Counted from the stretch's first letter, positions 9,883 through 22,434 are shown. The stretch: DNA of 64,000 bases from Candidatus Ozemobacteraceae bacterium (GCA_035388825.1 DAOOQQ010000016.1:12334-76333), one strand, 5' to 3'. Numbers and translations: made by a program. Notes: a model not told the origin generated them from the letters alone.

Positions 9883-11730
9883 TCAGCCCGCCATCGGCCC
9901 CCGTTCCTTCGGCTCGTCCGGATCCGATACCAGCGGCAGCGTGAACGCAAAACAGCTTCCGACCCCAACCCTGCTCGTGACAGAAATCTCCCCGCCATGA
10001 CCGGCAATGATCTCCCGGACGATCGACAGCCCCAAGCCGCTCCCCGAGCCTTTTGCGCCGGGAACCCGGTAAAAACGCTCGAACACACGCCCCAGATATT
10101 CCTCCGGAATCCCCTCCCCTTCATCGGCCACCTCGAACCGCACCGTCCGGTCTTTCAGGGACGCCCGGAGCAGGATGTCCCGCCCGCGCGGCGTGTGTTT
10201 CACGGCGTTCGCGACCAGATTGCGGAACACGACGTGAATCCTCTCCGAATCGGCGAGCACCCATTCATTCCCCAAGGCTATTTCGCTCACCAACTGGAGG
10301 CCGTTCTCCTCGGCAAGGAGCCTGTGCGCCGACAGGGCCTCCTCGAGCAGGAGTCGTGCCCTGACCGGGTGAGGGAGGATGCGGATCTTGCCCGACTGGA
10401 GCCGGGACAGGTCGAGAATCTCGTCGACAAGCGCCTGAAGGCGCTCGCAATCCTCGCGGGCGGCGAACAGCAGATCCTCGCGTCGTTCGGGTCGAGCCAC
10501 CGATCCCTCAAGAAGCAGATGAATGGCCATGTGGAGTGACGTCAGAGGTGTGCGGAACTCGTGAGCCACCGTCGCCACGAGATCATTCCGGAGCTGATCC
10601 ATGCGTCTCCAGCGGGTGACATCCTGAAACAGCACGATCGCCCCCCGAATCCCGTCCCGATCGGTGACCGGCATGCCGCGCAGCAGATAGAACACGTCGC
10701 CGCGAGGAAGCGGCACCCCGACCGCATCGTCGAACCCATGCGGCGCCCAGGGGCCCTTTCCGGAAAGGACGTGGTCCCGAATACGGACGATCAGATTGCG
10801 CAGTTTTTCCGGGAGAGCCGACTTGATCCATTTCCAGTCGAATTCGAGTTCCGCTTCGGCCACGGCGTTCACCTCGAGCAGACTGCCATCCGCGGCAAAG
10901 ATCGCGACGGGATCAGGAAGGCTGTCAATCGTCGCCTGCATCGAGTGTTGCGCCTGAAGCAGGTCACCCAGCGAGCTCTTCCGGTAGGTTTCCAGATGCT
11001 CCGTCATGGCGTTGAACTCCTTGGCCAGATCGGCAAACTCATCCTTCTCCTCGAGAACGGCGCGGACTTCGAGATCCCCTTCGCCCACCCGTCTGGCAGC
11101 CAATGCGAGGACATTGAGGGGCCGCAGGATCCGCTGCCCCATGAACATCGTCAGCGCGATGCCGCCGATCGAGGCCAGCAGACTCAGCAGGATCATGAGC
11201 CGGGTCACAAACTCGCCATGGGCCTTCACATCCTCGCTTTTACGCACCATCGCCGCCTGGTTCAGCGTCAGGATCGCCTCGGCGGTTTTCTTGAGCCGCA
11301 TGAAAACGGGATAGATGGCGGAAAAATACCGTTCCCGGAACGCATTCCCATCCAGCCCGGCCGCGCCATCATATAATCCCTGGTATTCTATCCATAGCGA
11401 TCGCAATATTTTTGCCAGCTCAGCTTCCCCCGACTCGGTGACGTTTCCTTCCTCGATCCGGATCTCCTCCTCGACCAGAGGCCGGAACTCGCGAATCATC
11501 CCCGTCCCCTCAGCCTGTCTGCCGCTCAGGCAGAACAGCATGCCCGAATCCAGGCGTTCCATACCATTCGTTATACGCTGAATCGCGAGCACGCTGCGGT
11601 AGTTGTCTTTCAGGATCCGCTGGGAATGGAGTCCGAGATCGGAAATCGTGAATGCCGCCATCAGTCCCACGCAGACGAGGGCGAGCACCGTCGGAATCAT
11701 CGCGATCAGCAGTTTGGTCTTCACACTCAT
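9883..11730 (-). CDS. Membrane sensor histidine kinase (KdpD-C-terminal-like: TM, PAS/GAF-like, HisKA, HATPase_c)
   Basis: N-terminal TM helix, HEFRTPLTS H-box and GSGLGLSIV G-box. Start ATG overlaps the stop of the upstream KdpD N-domain gene (ATGA). Confidence 0.8.
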   Translation of the reverse strand: MSVKTKLLIAMIPTVLALVCVGLMAAFTISDLGLHSQRILKDNYRSVLAIQRITNGMERLDSGMLFCLSGRQAEGTGMIREFRPLVEEEIRIEEGNVTESGEAELAKILRSLWIEYQGLYDGAAGLDGNAFRERYFSAIYPVFMRLKKTAEAILTLNQAAMVRKSEDVKAHGEFVTRLMILLSLLASIGGIALTMFMGQRILRPLNVLALAARRVGEGDLEVRAVLEEKDEFADLAKEFNAMTEHLETYRKSSLGDLLQAQHSMQATIDSLPDPVAIFAADGSLLEVNAVAEAELEFDWKWIKSALPEKLRNLIVRIRDHVLSGKGPWAPHGFDDAVGVPLPRGDVFYLLRGMPVTDRDGIRGAIVLFQDVTRWRRMDQLRNDLVATVAHEFRTPLTSLHMAIHLLLEGSVARPERREDLLFAAREDCERLQALVDEILDLSRLQSGKIRILPHPVRARLLLEEALSAHRLLAEENGLQLVSEIALGNEWVLADSERIHVVFRNLVANAVKHTPRGRDILLRASLKDRTVRFEVADEGEGIPEEYLGRVFERFYRVPGAKGSGSGLGLSIVREIIAGHGGEISVTSRVGVGSCFAFTLPLVSDPDEPKERGPMAG

Positions 11731-12884
11731 ATCACGTCCCCTTCCGGCTCGTAGGAAACGATATGCACATCGAGGCCCGAGGCCTGATTCAACAGTCTGT
11801 GCATGGGTGAAAGGCCCAGCCACTGTTTCCATCCCGGCTGCTCGGATCGTCCGACGATGATATGACCGACTCCGTGAGATCGGGCGAAGTCGATAAGGGC
11901 CGTCACCGAGTCGTCAGCCTTGAGCCGGACGATCTCGGCTCCAAGCTCCCGGGCTCTTTCCATGTTTTCAGCCAGGATCCGCTGCGATTCGGAGGGCTGG
12001 TCCCCGGACGGTTCACCCGGCGTCTCGACATAGACGACGAACCAGTGCCTGTTCAGTTTTCCGGCCAGCCGGGCCCCCTTCCGCAACAGGATCCCGGCCC
12101 GCGGAGAAAGGGAAGCAATGCAGACCATGATCCGGGCACCGACACCGCCACTGCCTGATTCGTCCCGCCCTTTCGGAGCACGGGCTTCACGCCGTTCGAT
12201 GGTTTCGGCAATCTCGCGCAGAGCCAGTTCGCGCAGGGAATTGAGTCGGGCATCCTGGAAGATGTGCTCCACCGCCCAGGCCATCCGGTCCGGCCCATAG
12301 ATTTTTCCCATCCTCAACCGCTCCATCAGTTCTTCAACCGGAAGGTCGGGGGTAACGATCTGGTCGGCGCGGTGCAGGAAGGTATCGGGAACCGTCTCGC
12401 GCATGCCCGATCCGATAATCGTTTCGACGACGTTCTTCAGACTCTCGAGGTGCAGGATATTGAACGCCCCGATCACATTGATGCCGGCATCGAGGAAGTC
12501 GAGAACGTCCTGATACCGCCGCCGGTTTTTGAAGCCCGGGGGATTCGTGTGAGGAATCTCGTCAACAACCACGATTTGAGGCATCCGCTGCAACACGGCT
12601 TCCCGGTCCATCTCCTCGATGACGAGACCCCGGTATTCCACCCGGTGCCGCGGAACGGTCTCGAGTTCGCCGATAAAACCGGCAACCTCGGCACGCCCGT
12701 GCGGCTCGACAAGCCCGAGAACGACGTCCACACCGCGTTTCCGCAACGCATGGGCCTCGAGCAGCATCTGGCAGGTCTTTCCCACACCGGGTGCATAGCC
12801 CAAATACAATTTGAGGTTCCCGATCCTCGAGCGTTCGACGAGATCGAGAAAGCTTTCCGGGTGTTGATCGCGAGTTGTTGTCAT
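11727..12884 (-). CDS. Stand-alone KdpD N-terminal sensor domain plus universal stress protein (Usp) domain protein
   Basis: GNLKLYLGYAPGVGKT P-loop of the KdpD N domain, followed by a Usp-like domain. No TM or kinase part, so it is the split N-half of KdpD. Confidence 0.75.
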   Translation of the reverse strand: MTTTRDQHPESFLDLVERSRIGNLKLYLGYAPGVGKTCQMLLEAHALRKRGVDVVLGLVEPHGRAEVAGFIGELETVPRHRVEYRGLVIEEMDREAVLQRMPQIVVVDEIPHTNPPGFKNRRRYQDVLDFLDAGINVIGAFNILHLESLKNVVETIIGSGMRETVPDTFLHRADQIVTPDLPVEELMERLRMGKIYGPDRMAWAVEHIFQDARLNSLRELALREIAETIERREARAPKGRDESGSGGVGARIMVCIASLSPRAGILLRKGARLAGKLNRHWFVVYVETPGEPSGDQPSESQRILAENMERARELGAEIVRLKADDSVTALIDFARSHGVGHIIVGRSEQPGWKQWLGLSPMHRLLNQASGLDVHIVSYEPEGDVI

Positions 12885-13564
12885 CAGTCAAGAAAGATCG
12901 GAACCTTTCCTCCGTTCAGCGTCAGCCGTTCAAGATTCCGTCGGGCGGTATCGAATCCCGGATCGAGCGCCAGGGCCGCGCGGTAACATTTCTGTGCCTC
13001 GAGCAGGTTGCCGGCCACTTCCAATGTTACACCCATCAGGGTGAGGACTTCGGGATTTCGTGCATCGAGTTTCGCTGCCGCCTGCAACTGTTCCTCTGCC
13101 GTATGGAACTCCGCACGTCTCATCGCCTCGCGTGCCAGACGCAGATGATCGCCGCTTGTCTGAGGAACGGGTGCATCACGGGCGGAGCAGGAATTCGGCC
13201 GGTCCATGCACTCCCTCACGATCGCACGCAGCCGGTTCGGCGCAAACGGCTTCTCGAGGACATCGATCGCCCCCAGCTTCATGGCTTCGACGATGTTCGA
13301 AACGGTCCCAAAGGCCGTGATGATGATGAAAGCGATGCCGGGGCAGATGCGCCTGATCCCTCGAAGAATCGCGATGCCCTCCATGCCAGGGAGTTGGAGA
13401 TCGAGAAGCGCCACGCGGAATCGGCCCGTCTTGAGCAGGGCAAATCCCTCCTCGCCGTCGGCAGCAGTCGAAACCTCCCAACCGTCCGTCTCGAGGGTTG
13501 TTTGTATCGTCAGTCGAATATTTTTGCAGTCATCGATGACCAGGATTTCACGGGATTCGTTCAT
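12884..13564 (-). CDS. Response regulator receiver domain fused to TPR repeats
   Basis: ILVIDD…LDLQLPGMEG…EKPF receiver motifs. C-terminal TPR-like helices. GGAGG RBS. Stop overlaps the downstream start (TGATG). Confidence 0.7.
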   Translation of the reverse strand: MNESREILVIDDCKNIRLTIQTTLETDGWEVSTAADGEEGFALLKTGRFRVALLDLQLPGMEGIAILRGIRRICPGIAFIIITAFGTVSNIVEAMKLGAIDVLEKPFAPNRLRAIVRECMDRPNSCSARDAPVPQTSGDHLRLAREAMRRAEFHTAEEQLQAAAKLDARNPEVLTLMGVTLEVAGNLLEAQKCYRAALALDPGFDTARRNLERLTLNGGKVPIFLD

Positions 13565-15635
13565 GGCACTCCTCCCTTTCTTCATTCCCTTGTGTGGAGT
13601 GGCGGGAACCGTTGCGGGAGAACGCACGACAGCCCAGGTGCCAGATCCCGGACAGACCTATGCAGAAAAGGGCGAGCAGTTCGCTCCCTCCCAGGGTCTC
13701 CGGATGGGCGAGCGGAGGTCCGAGGAGCTCCATCCTCACGGCATGAAGGTCGAGATCCCCGCCATGATCGGGGCAGATACGATGCAGAATGCCGAAGACC
13801 CGCACCAGGTGACCGCGCCGCTGCCGATTTCCCCCGACCAGCACGGCTGCAGAAGCGGCAAGGGGCTTCGGACAGAACACGGAAATCGGATTCCCCTCAT
13901 CGAGAATATTTAGCCATATACCACCCGAAGCCCGGAGCGGCTCACCGATCACCTCCCCGGAAACAGCGAACAGGCCACCATCCAGCACCTTGCTCTCCTC
14001 GGTGAGAAGAGCCGCGGAGGCCGTCACCCATCTGGGCTCGGGCTCCGGCTTTCCGGCTGAGGCCTGTGAAGCCGTCCCGCATATCGCGATCAACAGCAGC
14101 GCGACAAGCGCCTTTTGCCGAAGTCCGCCCCGGCCCCGGCCGCTGGCGAGGGCCAGAACATAGCCTCCCAGGACCAGGACGGCGGTGAATTCCAGACGGC
14201 CGAGCCACATGGCGAGGATATAGACGAGCTTCAGCCAGACGGGAGTCGCCGTCGTCGTCACCCCGCAGGAGAGCCCGGTGTTCGAAGCCGCCGACACGCC
14301 CTCGAACAATGCGTCGGCAACCGGATATCCGGCAAAGACGCCCGCCAGCGTCGTTCCGAGATAGAGCATGCCGAACAGGGCAACCAGCAAGAGGGTTCGG
14401 TAGCCCAGTTCCGGATCCAGCAACCGCGGTCGGAGATGATGCCAGCGCACCGTCACGATGGCATGCGGTGGCAGGAGTTGACGTTTCACGTCATACCAGA
14501 TCGTTTTCAGGAGCAACGCGAGACGCATGCCTTTGATGCCACCCGCCGTGCTGCATGCCGAGCCCCCGATCACCATCGCAAGCACAAGACAGAGAAATGC
14601 CGGCATCGGCCAGTCATGAATGAACTGCCGGGCATGCACTGTCATGTTGCCGGTGGTGGTGTGGGCCGAAGCAAGCTGATAGACGACCTTCCGCACGGCC
14701 ATCTCGGGCGACCCATAGACTCCTTCCCGCACGCAGAACCAGGTGGAAAGAATACTCAACAGCAACATCGTGACGGCGAACGACCGCACTTCCGTATTTC
14801 GCATGAGCTCACGGGGATTGCCCGAGAATACGGCATGATGCACCGCAAAATTCAGCGACCCAAGAACGAAGAGGACAAGCGTCACCGTCTCGACGGTTCC
14901 GGAATGATAGTAGAGCAGATTCTGGGAATGCGGCGCGAAACCGCCCGTTGACCAGGCCCCTTCGAACAGGTAGACAGCGTCGAGCATCGCCCGGAGAGGC
15001 TCCATTCCGGCCATCCGCAGACATGGATAGAGAATGGCCGTTCCGGCAGCGAGAAAACCGATGCTGATCCACCAGATCGTCCTGGCCGTATGCAGCACAC
15101 TTGGCCAGAGTCGCTCGTCCTTGCCCTCGGCGGCGTACAGACTGAAATACTCCGGTGCGCTCTCGGAGACAAAAACCAGAAAGAGCACGATGATTCCCTG
15201 CCCACCGAGGAATGTGACGAAATGCCGCAGAAACTGGAGGCCTTCCGGAGCGTGGTCCAGGTCTACAAGCAGGGTCAGACCGGTCGTGGTATATCCGGAC
15301 ATGGCATCGAAGCAGGCGTCGATGAATGAGGCGAAACACCCGGTCAGCCAGTAGGTCCATCCGGTCACCAGGGTCGCCTGGACCCAAACCAGGGCTGCGA
15401 GGACAAATGCAGCCTGGGCCGACAGGTTCCCACCGTCTCGGCAGCCTCTCTGGAAGAGCAGGCCTATCCAGATGGTCGTCACCCCTCCGAACGCGATCCT
15501 GACCGCAGTCGCATTCTCGCCGCACATCAGGCTGACAAGGGCTGGAATCAGGAACAGGATACCGAGAAAGACAGTGAAGCGTCCGAGAAATCGAAGGATT
15601 TCCCGCACTTCCGCATGCGCCGGACAGAGAAGCAT
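13548..15635 (-). CDS. trkH: Trk/Ktr-type K+ uptake membrane protein TrkH with an about 190-aa C-terminal extension resembling a lipobox signal plus BOF/YgiW OB-fold domain
   Basis: GYTTTG and SACSTAGGIK selectivity-filter-like motifs. The extension has a hydrophobic LLLIAICGTAS segment followed by GEVIGE…IWLNILDEGNPISV…, an OB-fold-like pattern. Confidence 0.75.
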   Translation of the reverse strand: MLLCPAHAEVREILRFLGRFTVFLGILFLIPALVSLMCGENATAVRIAFGGVTTIWIGLLFQRGCRDGGNLSAQAAFVLAALVWVQATLVTGWTYWLTGCFASFIDACFDAMSGYTTTGLTLLVDLDHAPEGLQFLRHFVTFLGGQGIIVLFLVFVSESAPEYFSLYAAEGKDERLWPSVLHTARTIWWISIGFLAAGTAILYPCLRMAGMEPLRAMLDAVYLFEGAWSTGGFAPHSQNLLYYHSGTVETVTLVLFVLGSLNFAVHHAVFSGNPRELMRNTEVRSFAVTMLLLSILSTWFCVREGVYGSPEMAVRKVVYQLASAHTTTGNMTVHARQFIHDWPMPAFLCLVLAMVIGGSACSTAGGIKGMRLALLLKTIWYDVKRQLLPPHAIVTVRWHHLRPRLLDPELGYRTLLLVALFGMLYLGTTLAGVFAGYPVADALFEGVSAASNTGLSCGVTTTATPVWLKLVYILAMWLGRLEFTAVLVLGGYVLALASGRGRGGLRQKALVALLLIAICGTASQASAGKPEPEPRWVTASAALLTEESKVLDGGLFAVSGEVIGEPLRASGGIWLNILDEGNPISVFCPKPLAASAAVLVGGNRQRRGHLVRVFGILHRICPDHGGDLDLHAVRMELLGPPLAHPETLGGSELLALFCIGLSGIWHLGCRAFSRNGSRHSTQGNEEREECHERIP

Positions 15636-15650
15636 ATCGTGCCTCGCCTT

Positions 15651-15782
15651 TCAGACGGCCAGCGCCAGAATCGACGCCGCAACGGCGATGATCCCGGCCA
15701 GGAAGAATGCCGCAAGAATTTCGATCGCAAACCCGGATGCAATCTCTGCCGCCAGAGAGGCGGCCTTTCCCGGACGGCGCAT
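15651..15782 (-). CDS. Small hydrophobic peptide (about 43 aa) between trkA and trkH
   Basis: GGAGGTGAAG RBS, then ATG. Translation MRRPGKAASLAAEIASGFAIEILAAFFLAGIIAVAASILALAV. Not in the ORF track (under 60 aa). Local base count is ambiguous by 1 nt. Confidence 0.35.
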   Translation of the reverse strand: MRRPGKAASLAAEIASGFAIEILAAFFLAGIIAVAASILALAV

Positions 15783-15783
15783 A

Positions 15784-16497
15784 TCACTTCACCTCCATGG
15801 CGGCCAAGCCCGCCTTCCCTGCGGGCGTTCTCTTCACGGCGGGCCCTAGAACGATGAGGCGGACCGCAACCTCGGCGCTGCTCTTCACGACGATGTACAA
15901 TTGATCACCCGCGCATATCGCCGTCTCACCACGCGGAATCACCACCTCGCCTCCCCGCTCCAGAATTGCAACGACAGCATCCCGGGGCAGTTCGAGCTCT
16001 TTCAGGGTTTTTCCCACGACAGGCGAGAAACGGTCGATGTGATACCGGGAAAAGCAGACTTCGCCGCCCTTCATGACGAACAGGGTCATCTCCTTCACCA
16101 GCGCCGACTCCGTCTCGATCGCACGAGCGATCAGCCGGGCCGCCGACACGGGAAAGTCGACACCCATTGTCTTGAACACCTGCTCGTGGACCGGATCATT
16201 CACCCGGCCGATCGTGCGCGAAACGGAAAAATGCTTCTTGGCGAGACCGCATACGATCATGTTGTCCTTGTCGCTGCCCGTCACGGCAGCAAGACAATCA
16301 GCCCTGCCGATTCCCGCTTCCTGCAACGCGCTCAGGCTCGTTCCGTCGTCATTGATGATCAGTCCGTCGAAATCCTGTGCCAGCCGCCGGCAGCTCTCCA
16401 ATTCCCGGTCGATGACGACGACATCGTGCCCCTCGCGGTGAAAGGATCTCGCCAGGTCGGCTCCAACGGCCCCAGCACCGATGATGATGATATACAT
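15784..16497 (-). CDS. trkA: Trk system K+ uptake protein TrkA (NAD-binding RCK_N plus RCK_C)
   Basis: MYIIIIGAGAVG Rossmann motif and RCK_C-like C-terminus. AAGGAGG RBS. Confidence 0.85.
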   Translation of the reverse strand: MYIIIIGAGAVGADLARSFHREGHDVVVIDRELESCRRLAQDFDGLIINDDGTSLSALQEAGIGRADCLAAVTGSDKDNMIVCGLAKKHFSVSRTIGRVNDPVHEQVFKTMGVDFPVSAARLIARAIETESALVKEMTLFVMKGGEVCFSRYHIDRFSPVVGKTLKELELPRDAVVAILERGGEVVIPRGETAICAGDQLYIVVKSSAEVAVRLIVLGPAVKRTPAGKAGLAAMEVK

Positions 16498-16860
16498 GGT
16501 ATCCTCCTTGGGCTTCGAACACGGAATCCAGCGCCGAGCTCCGTCGGACGCCCGTAACGGACCTCGCAGCTTTCATGCCCTTCCGCGGAATTCGTCGCAA
16601 ACCCGTGCTGCAAAGCAATCTGGTCGCATTTCACCATCCTCCGTTCCCTCGCTCGAACTGCATCTCGCACGGTCCATCGTTAAGGGATATTGCAATTTGC
16701 ATGCAGCCCGATACACCCCATCCACCCCACACCGAAAACCGGCAGCAACGCAGGCCAACCTCTGGTATACAGGCTCAACCAAAGGCATCGCGCCTTGACA
16801 AGCCGTCGTCCGCTGGATATACTTAGTAATGCCGCACGAAGGAATTATTGGAGGATTATT

Positions 16861-17127
16861 ATGGCATCTCTAAAAACAAACTTAGTAAAAATTGGCAATT
16901 CCCAAGGCGTCCGCCTTCCGAAGGCGGTTCTCCAGCAAATTCATCTCATTGATGAAATTGAGATTGAAATCAAGAGGGACTGCCTTGTTTTGAAACCAGC
17001 CAATAATCCTCGGGCCGGGTGGGATGAAGGTTTTAAAAAGGCAATGAAGGCAATTCCAGATTCTGAGCTGGAAGCCTGGGAAAAATTGCAACTTCAAAAT
17101 GATGAAGAAGAATGGTCATGGAAATAA
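16861..17127 (+). CDS. mazE: Type II antitoxin, MazE/PemI (SpoVT/AbrB-fold) family
   Basis: VKIGNSQGVRLPKAVL swapped-hairpin motif. GGAGG RBS. Low-GC insert. Confidence 0.75.
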   Translation: MASLKTNLVKIGNSQGVRLPKAVLQQIHLIDEIEIEIKRDCLVLKPANNPRAGWDEGFKKAMKAIPDSELEAWEKLQLQNDEEEWSWK

Positions 17128-17441
17128 AAAGATTTGATGTATTTTTGGTTTCCTTTGATCCTTCTGTCGGCTCAGAAATCAGAAAATCTCGACCTGCTGT
17201 GATCATTTCTCCAGATGAGATGAACCGACATTTGAAAACTGTCATAGTTGCACCTCTCACTTCGACAATGAAAAAATACCCAAGCAGAGTTGAAGTCCAT
17301 TTTGAAAATGTTCAAGGTGAAATTGCATTAGACCAAATAAGAACGATTGACAAAACGAGGTTAAAAAAGCGACTTGCCAAAATCGATGAGAGAATCACTG
17401 AAAGAATCTGCGAAATTCTTACAAGAATGTTTAGTAAATAA
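17112..17441 (+). CDS. mazF: Type II toxin, MazF/PemK mRNA interferase family
   Basis: FDVFLVSFDPSVGSEIRKSRPAVIIS PemK/MazF signature. Overlaps the mazE stop. Confidence 0.8.
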   Translation: MVMEIKRFDVFLVSFDPSVGSEIRKSRPAVIISPDEMNRHLKTVIVAPLTSTMKKYPSRVEVHFENVQGEIALDQIRTIDKTRLKKRLAKIDERITERICEILTRMFSK

Positions 17442-17538
17442 ATCCGTATAACGCGGACGGTATCCGGCAAAACGGCTTGCATCACGGATTCCGGTCTGAT
17501 ATCGTAGCTTCGAAAATAGGCTCAACTGTGAGAGACCC

Positions 17539-20235
<2,697 letters not shown>

Positions 20236-20298
20236 TTACAGTTATTATACAGCCCGCAATCCGGAGCGCGAACCGCCGGGTTCCTGCGCGTCACCCCA

Positions 20299-21726
20299 CT
20301 ACAGGGCACCCTGGGCGGCGTTGTCCATGCTTTTCCAGACATCGATGGCGCCGGGAAGGGGCTTTCGCAGGTCTCTCAGGGAAACGACCGGACCCTTTCC
20401 GGTGTTCATGCGGAGCTGGAATGCCTTGATCGCGAGGCCGTTCTCGGTCTTCTCGAGCTGGGCCTCCGGGAAGCCGGCCGGGAACGCGTCGGCAGGGCCG
20501 AACACGAGACTCCAGTTGTCGGGCAGTTCGGGTGCGGCATTGAAGTTCGACAGGTCGAGGAACTCGAGCTTGTCCTTGTGGAAATGGAACACCAGTTTCC
20601 CGGCCAGCTCCGCCGGACCTTCCGTCTCCTGATGGCGTCCGACGACCCACAGCCGGGTCGTCTCGGTCGCGGACGGGTCGACGAGCGTGAACAGCACATC
20701 GGGCGAGAGGCTCTCGACGCTGGCGAGGGCTTCGCGTTCGAACATCAGGTCGAGCGGGGCCATCGGCACCGGGGCGCGGGGCAGCATCGCCAGCTTGAGA
20801 TACAGCCGGTCCTCGTCGTTCTCGAAGGCGTATCCCTGGCGGAACACATAGACTTCGGGCGCCCGGAACAGAAACTCGGTCTTGCCGGTGTCGACGAGCT
20901 TCTGGAGCAGCGGCTTCACGTCGTCGACGAGCGTCTTGTCCTCGGTCGCGGCCCGGATCAGACACCGGAACGCCTCGAGCAGATCCCCCTGGAGGATCGC
21001 CACGCGGCCTGCCTTCAGCAACTGGGCGGGAGCCGGCGTTCCCTTGCCGAGCGCCGCCTGGAGCTCGTCATGAACGGCGGCGGCAAGCCCTTCGTCATCG
21101 CGGGCCAGCACGTCGGGATTGGCTTCGGCAGCCTTTTCCAGGGCATCGATTGCCTGCGCGTTCTCCTTGCGCGACCAGTGGGCCATCGCAAGGTCGAACA
21201 GGGCATCCGGAGCGCCGCCGGCCGCCGCCGACTTCGCTTTCGCCAGCTCGGCGTCGCCGGCCCGTTTCCGGACCTTCTTCACCGGCTCGACATAAGGCCT
21301 GGGTTCGGCATATTTGACCTCGAAATGGCCGACTTCGGGGCCCCAGTTCCAGTTCGTGTACACCTGCTCGTTCGGGAACAGCCGGCCCGTCTTGCGGAGA
21401 CTGTTGCTCTTGCGGTTCTCGTTCGCCTCGCGCTCGAGCCGTTCGCGGCACTTCTTGACCCAGAACACCGATAGCAGGTCATGCTCGTCGAGCAGCCGCA
21501 TCGACTCGAACACGGCCTGCGCTTCCTCATACCGGCGCCGGTTGTACAGGTCCTGCCCGGCGGCGAAGAGGCGCGAAAGCTTCACGCTGAGCGGTGTTCG
21601 CGAATAATACGTGAGGTCGGGCGTGTTCGAGTTCTGCTGCAACGCAGATCCGGGCGCCTGAGCGAAGCCGGCCAGGCACACGCCGAAAACGGAACCGCAA
21701 AGCAACGGCATGACAAGACGTCTCAT
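20299..21726 (-). CDS. Secreted hypothetical protein (signal peptide; TPR-like N-terminal region)
   Basis: MRRLVMPLLCGSVFGVCLAGFAQA signal peptide. No assignable catalytic domain. Confidence 0.55.
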   Translation of the reverse strand: MRRLVMPLLCGSVFGVCLAGFAQAPGSALQQNSNTPDLTYYSRTPLSVKLSRLFAAGQDLYNRRRYEEAQAVFESMRLLDEHDLLSVFWVKKCRERLEREANENRKSNSLRKTGRLFPNEQVYTNWNWGPEVGHFEVKYAEPRPYVEPVKKVRKRAGDAELAKAKSAAAGGAPDALFDLAMAHWSRKENAQAIDALEKAAEANPDVLARDDEGLAAAVHDELQAALGKGTPAPAQLLKAGRVAILQGDLLEAFRCLIRAATEDKTLVDDVKPLLQKLVDTGKTEFLFRAPEVYVFRQGYAFENDEDRLYLKLAMLPRAPVPMAPLDLMFEREALASVESLSPDVLFTLVDPSATETTRLWVVGRHQETEGPAELAGKLVFHFHKDKLEFLDLSNFNAAPELPDNWSLVFGPADAFPAGFPEAQLEKTENGLAIKAFQLRMNTGKGPVVSLRDLRKPLPGAIDVWKSMDNAAQGAL

Positions 21727-21765
21727 ACCATCAGACCATCGGCAGGTTCGGCTTCGCATCGAAGA

Positions 21766-22434
21766 TCAGGGGACGACCATGATCGAGAAGTCGCTGACGA
21801 CGAGCTTGAGGCCGTTCATGTAGACGGCCGCCAGCAGCACGCGCTCCCAGGGGATGCCGGTGAGCCGCAACGACATCTCGCCGCTGATCGTGTCCGTCAT
21901 CAGGATGTTCGTTCCGGCATGTTTGCGCAGAACCCGGATGATCGAGGGGATGTCGAGCGCGCCGAAAATCCCGCCGAAGGTGCGGGCCGCAGGCAGCTTC
22001 AACTGGTCCATCCGGGCGACCGCATCGAAAAACCGTTCGAGGCGCGATCGCTCGGCGACGTACAGACACCCGTCCCAGATCCGCCAATCGTAGCCCGACG
22101 GATGGAGGGCGGCATCGAGGGTCTGACCGAGGGTACCGGTCGCGACTTCGTCGACCGTGCCGCGCACGTCGCGGGAGACGAGCAGGGAAAGGCCCTGAAC
22201 TTCGCTGATTTTCACGAGCAGATCCCGGCGTTCGACGTTGCGGGCCGAGAGGTGCCACGGCCGTTCCTCGACGGGCAGGGCCGCCGCCGCAGACGCCGTG
22301 ACGATCACGGAGGGGGCGGATCCGGCGATCCCCGGCTCACCCGGCGGAACCACCTGCGCCGCGGCGCCCCCGCAGGCGATCATGAGCCCCGCCAGGAGGG
22401 CAAGGAACCTTCCGCGGAATCGTCTTGTTCGCAT
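21766..22434 (-). CDS. Secreted hypothetical protein (signal peptide)
   Basis: N-terminal RRxFRGRFLALLAGLMIACGGAAAQ signal. Downstream in a three-gene minus-strand cluster. Confidence 0.5.
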   Translation of the reverse strand: MRTRRFRGRFLALLAGLMIACGGAAAQVVPPGEPGIAGSAPSVIVTASAAAALPVEERPWHLSARNVERRDLLVKISEVQGLSLLVSRDVRGTVDEVATGTLGQTLDAALHPSGYDWRIWDGCLYVAERSRLERFFDAVARMDQLKLPAARTFGGIFGALDIPSIIRVLRKHAGTNILMTDTISGEMSLRLTGIPWERVLLAAVYMNGLKLVVSDFSIMVVP

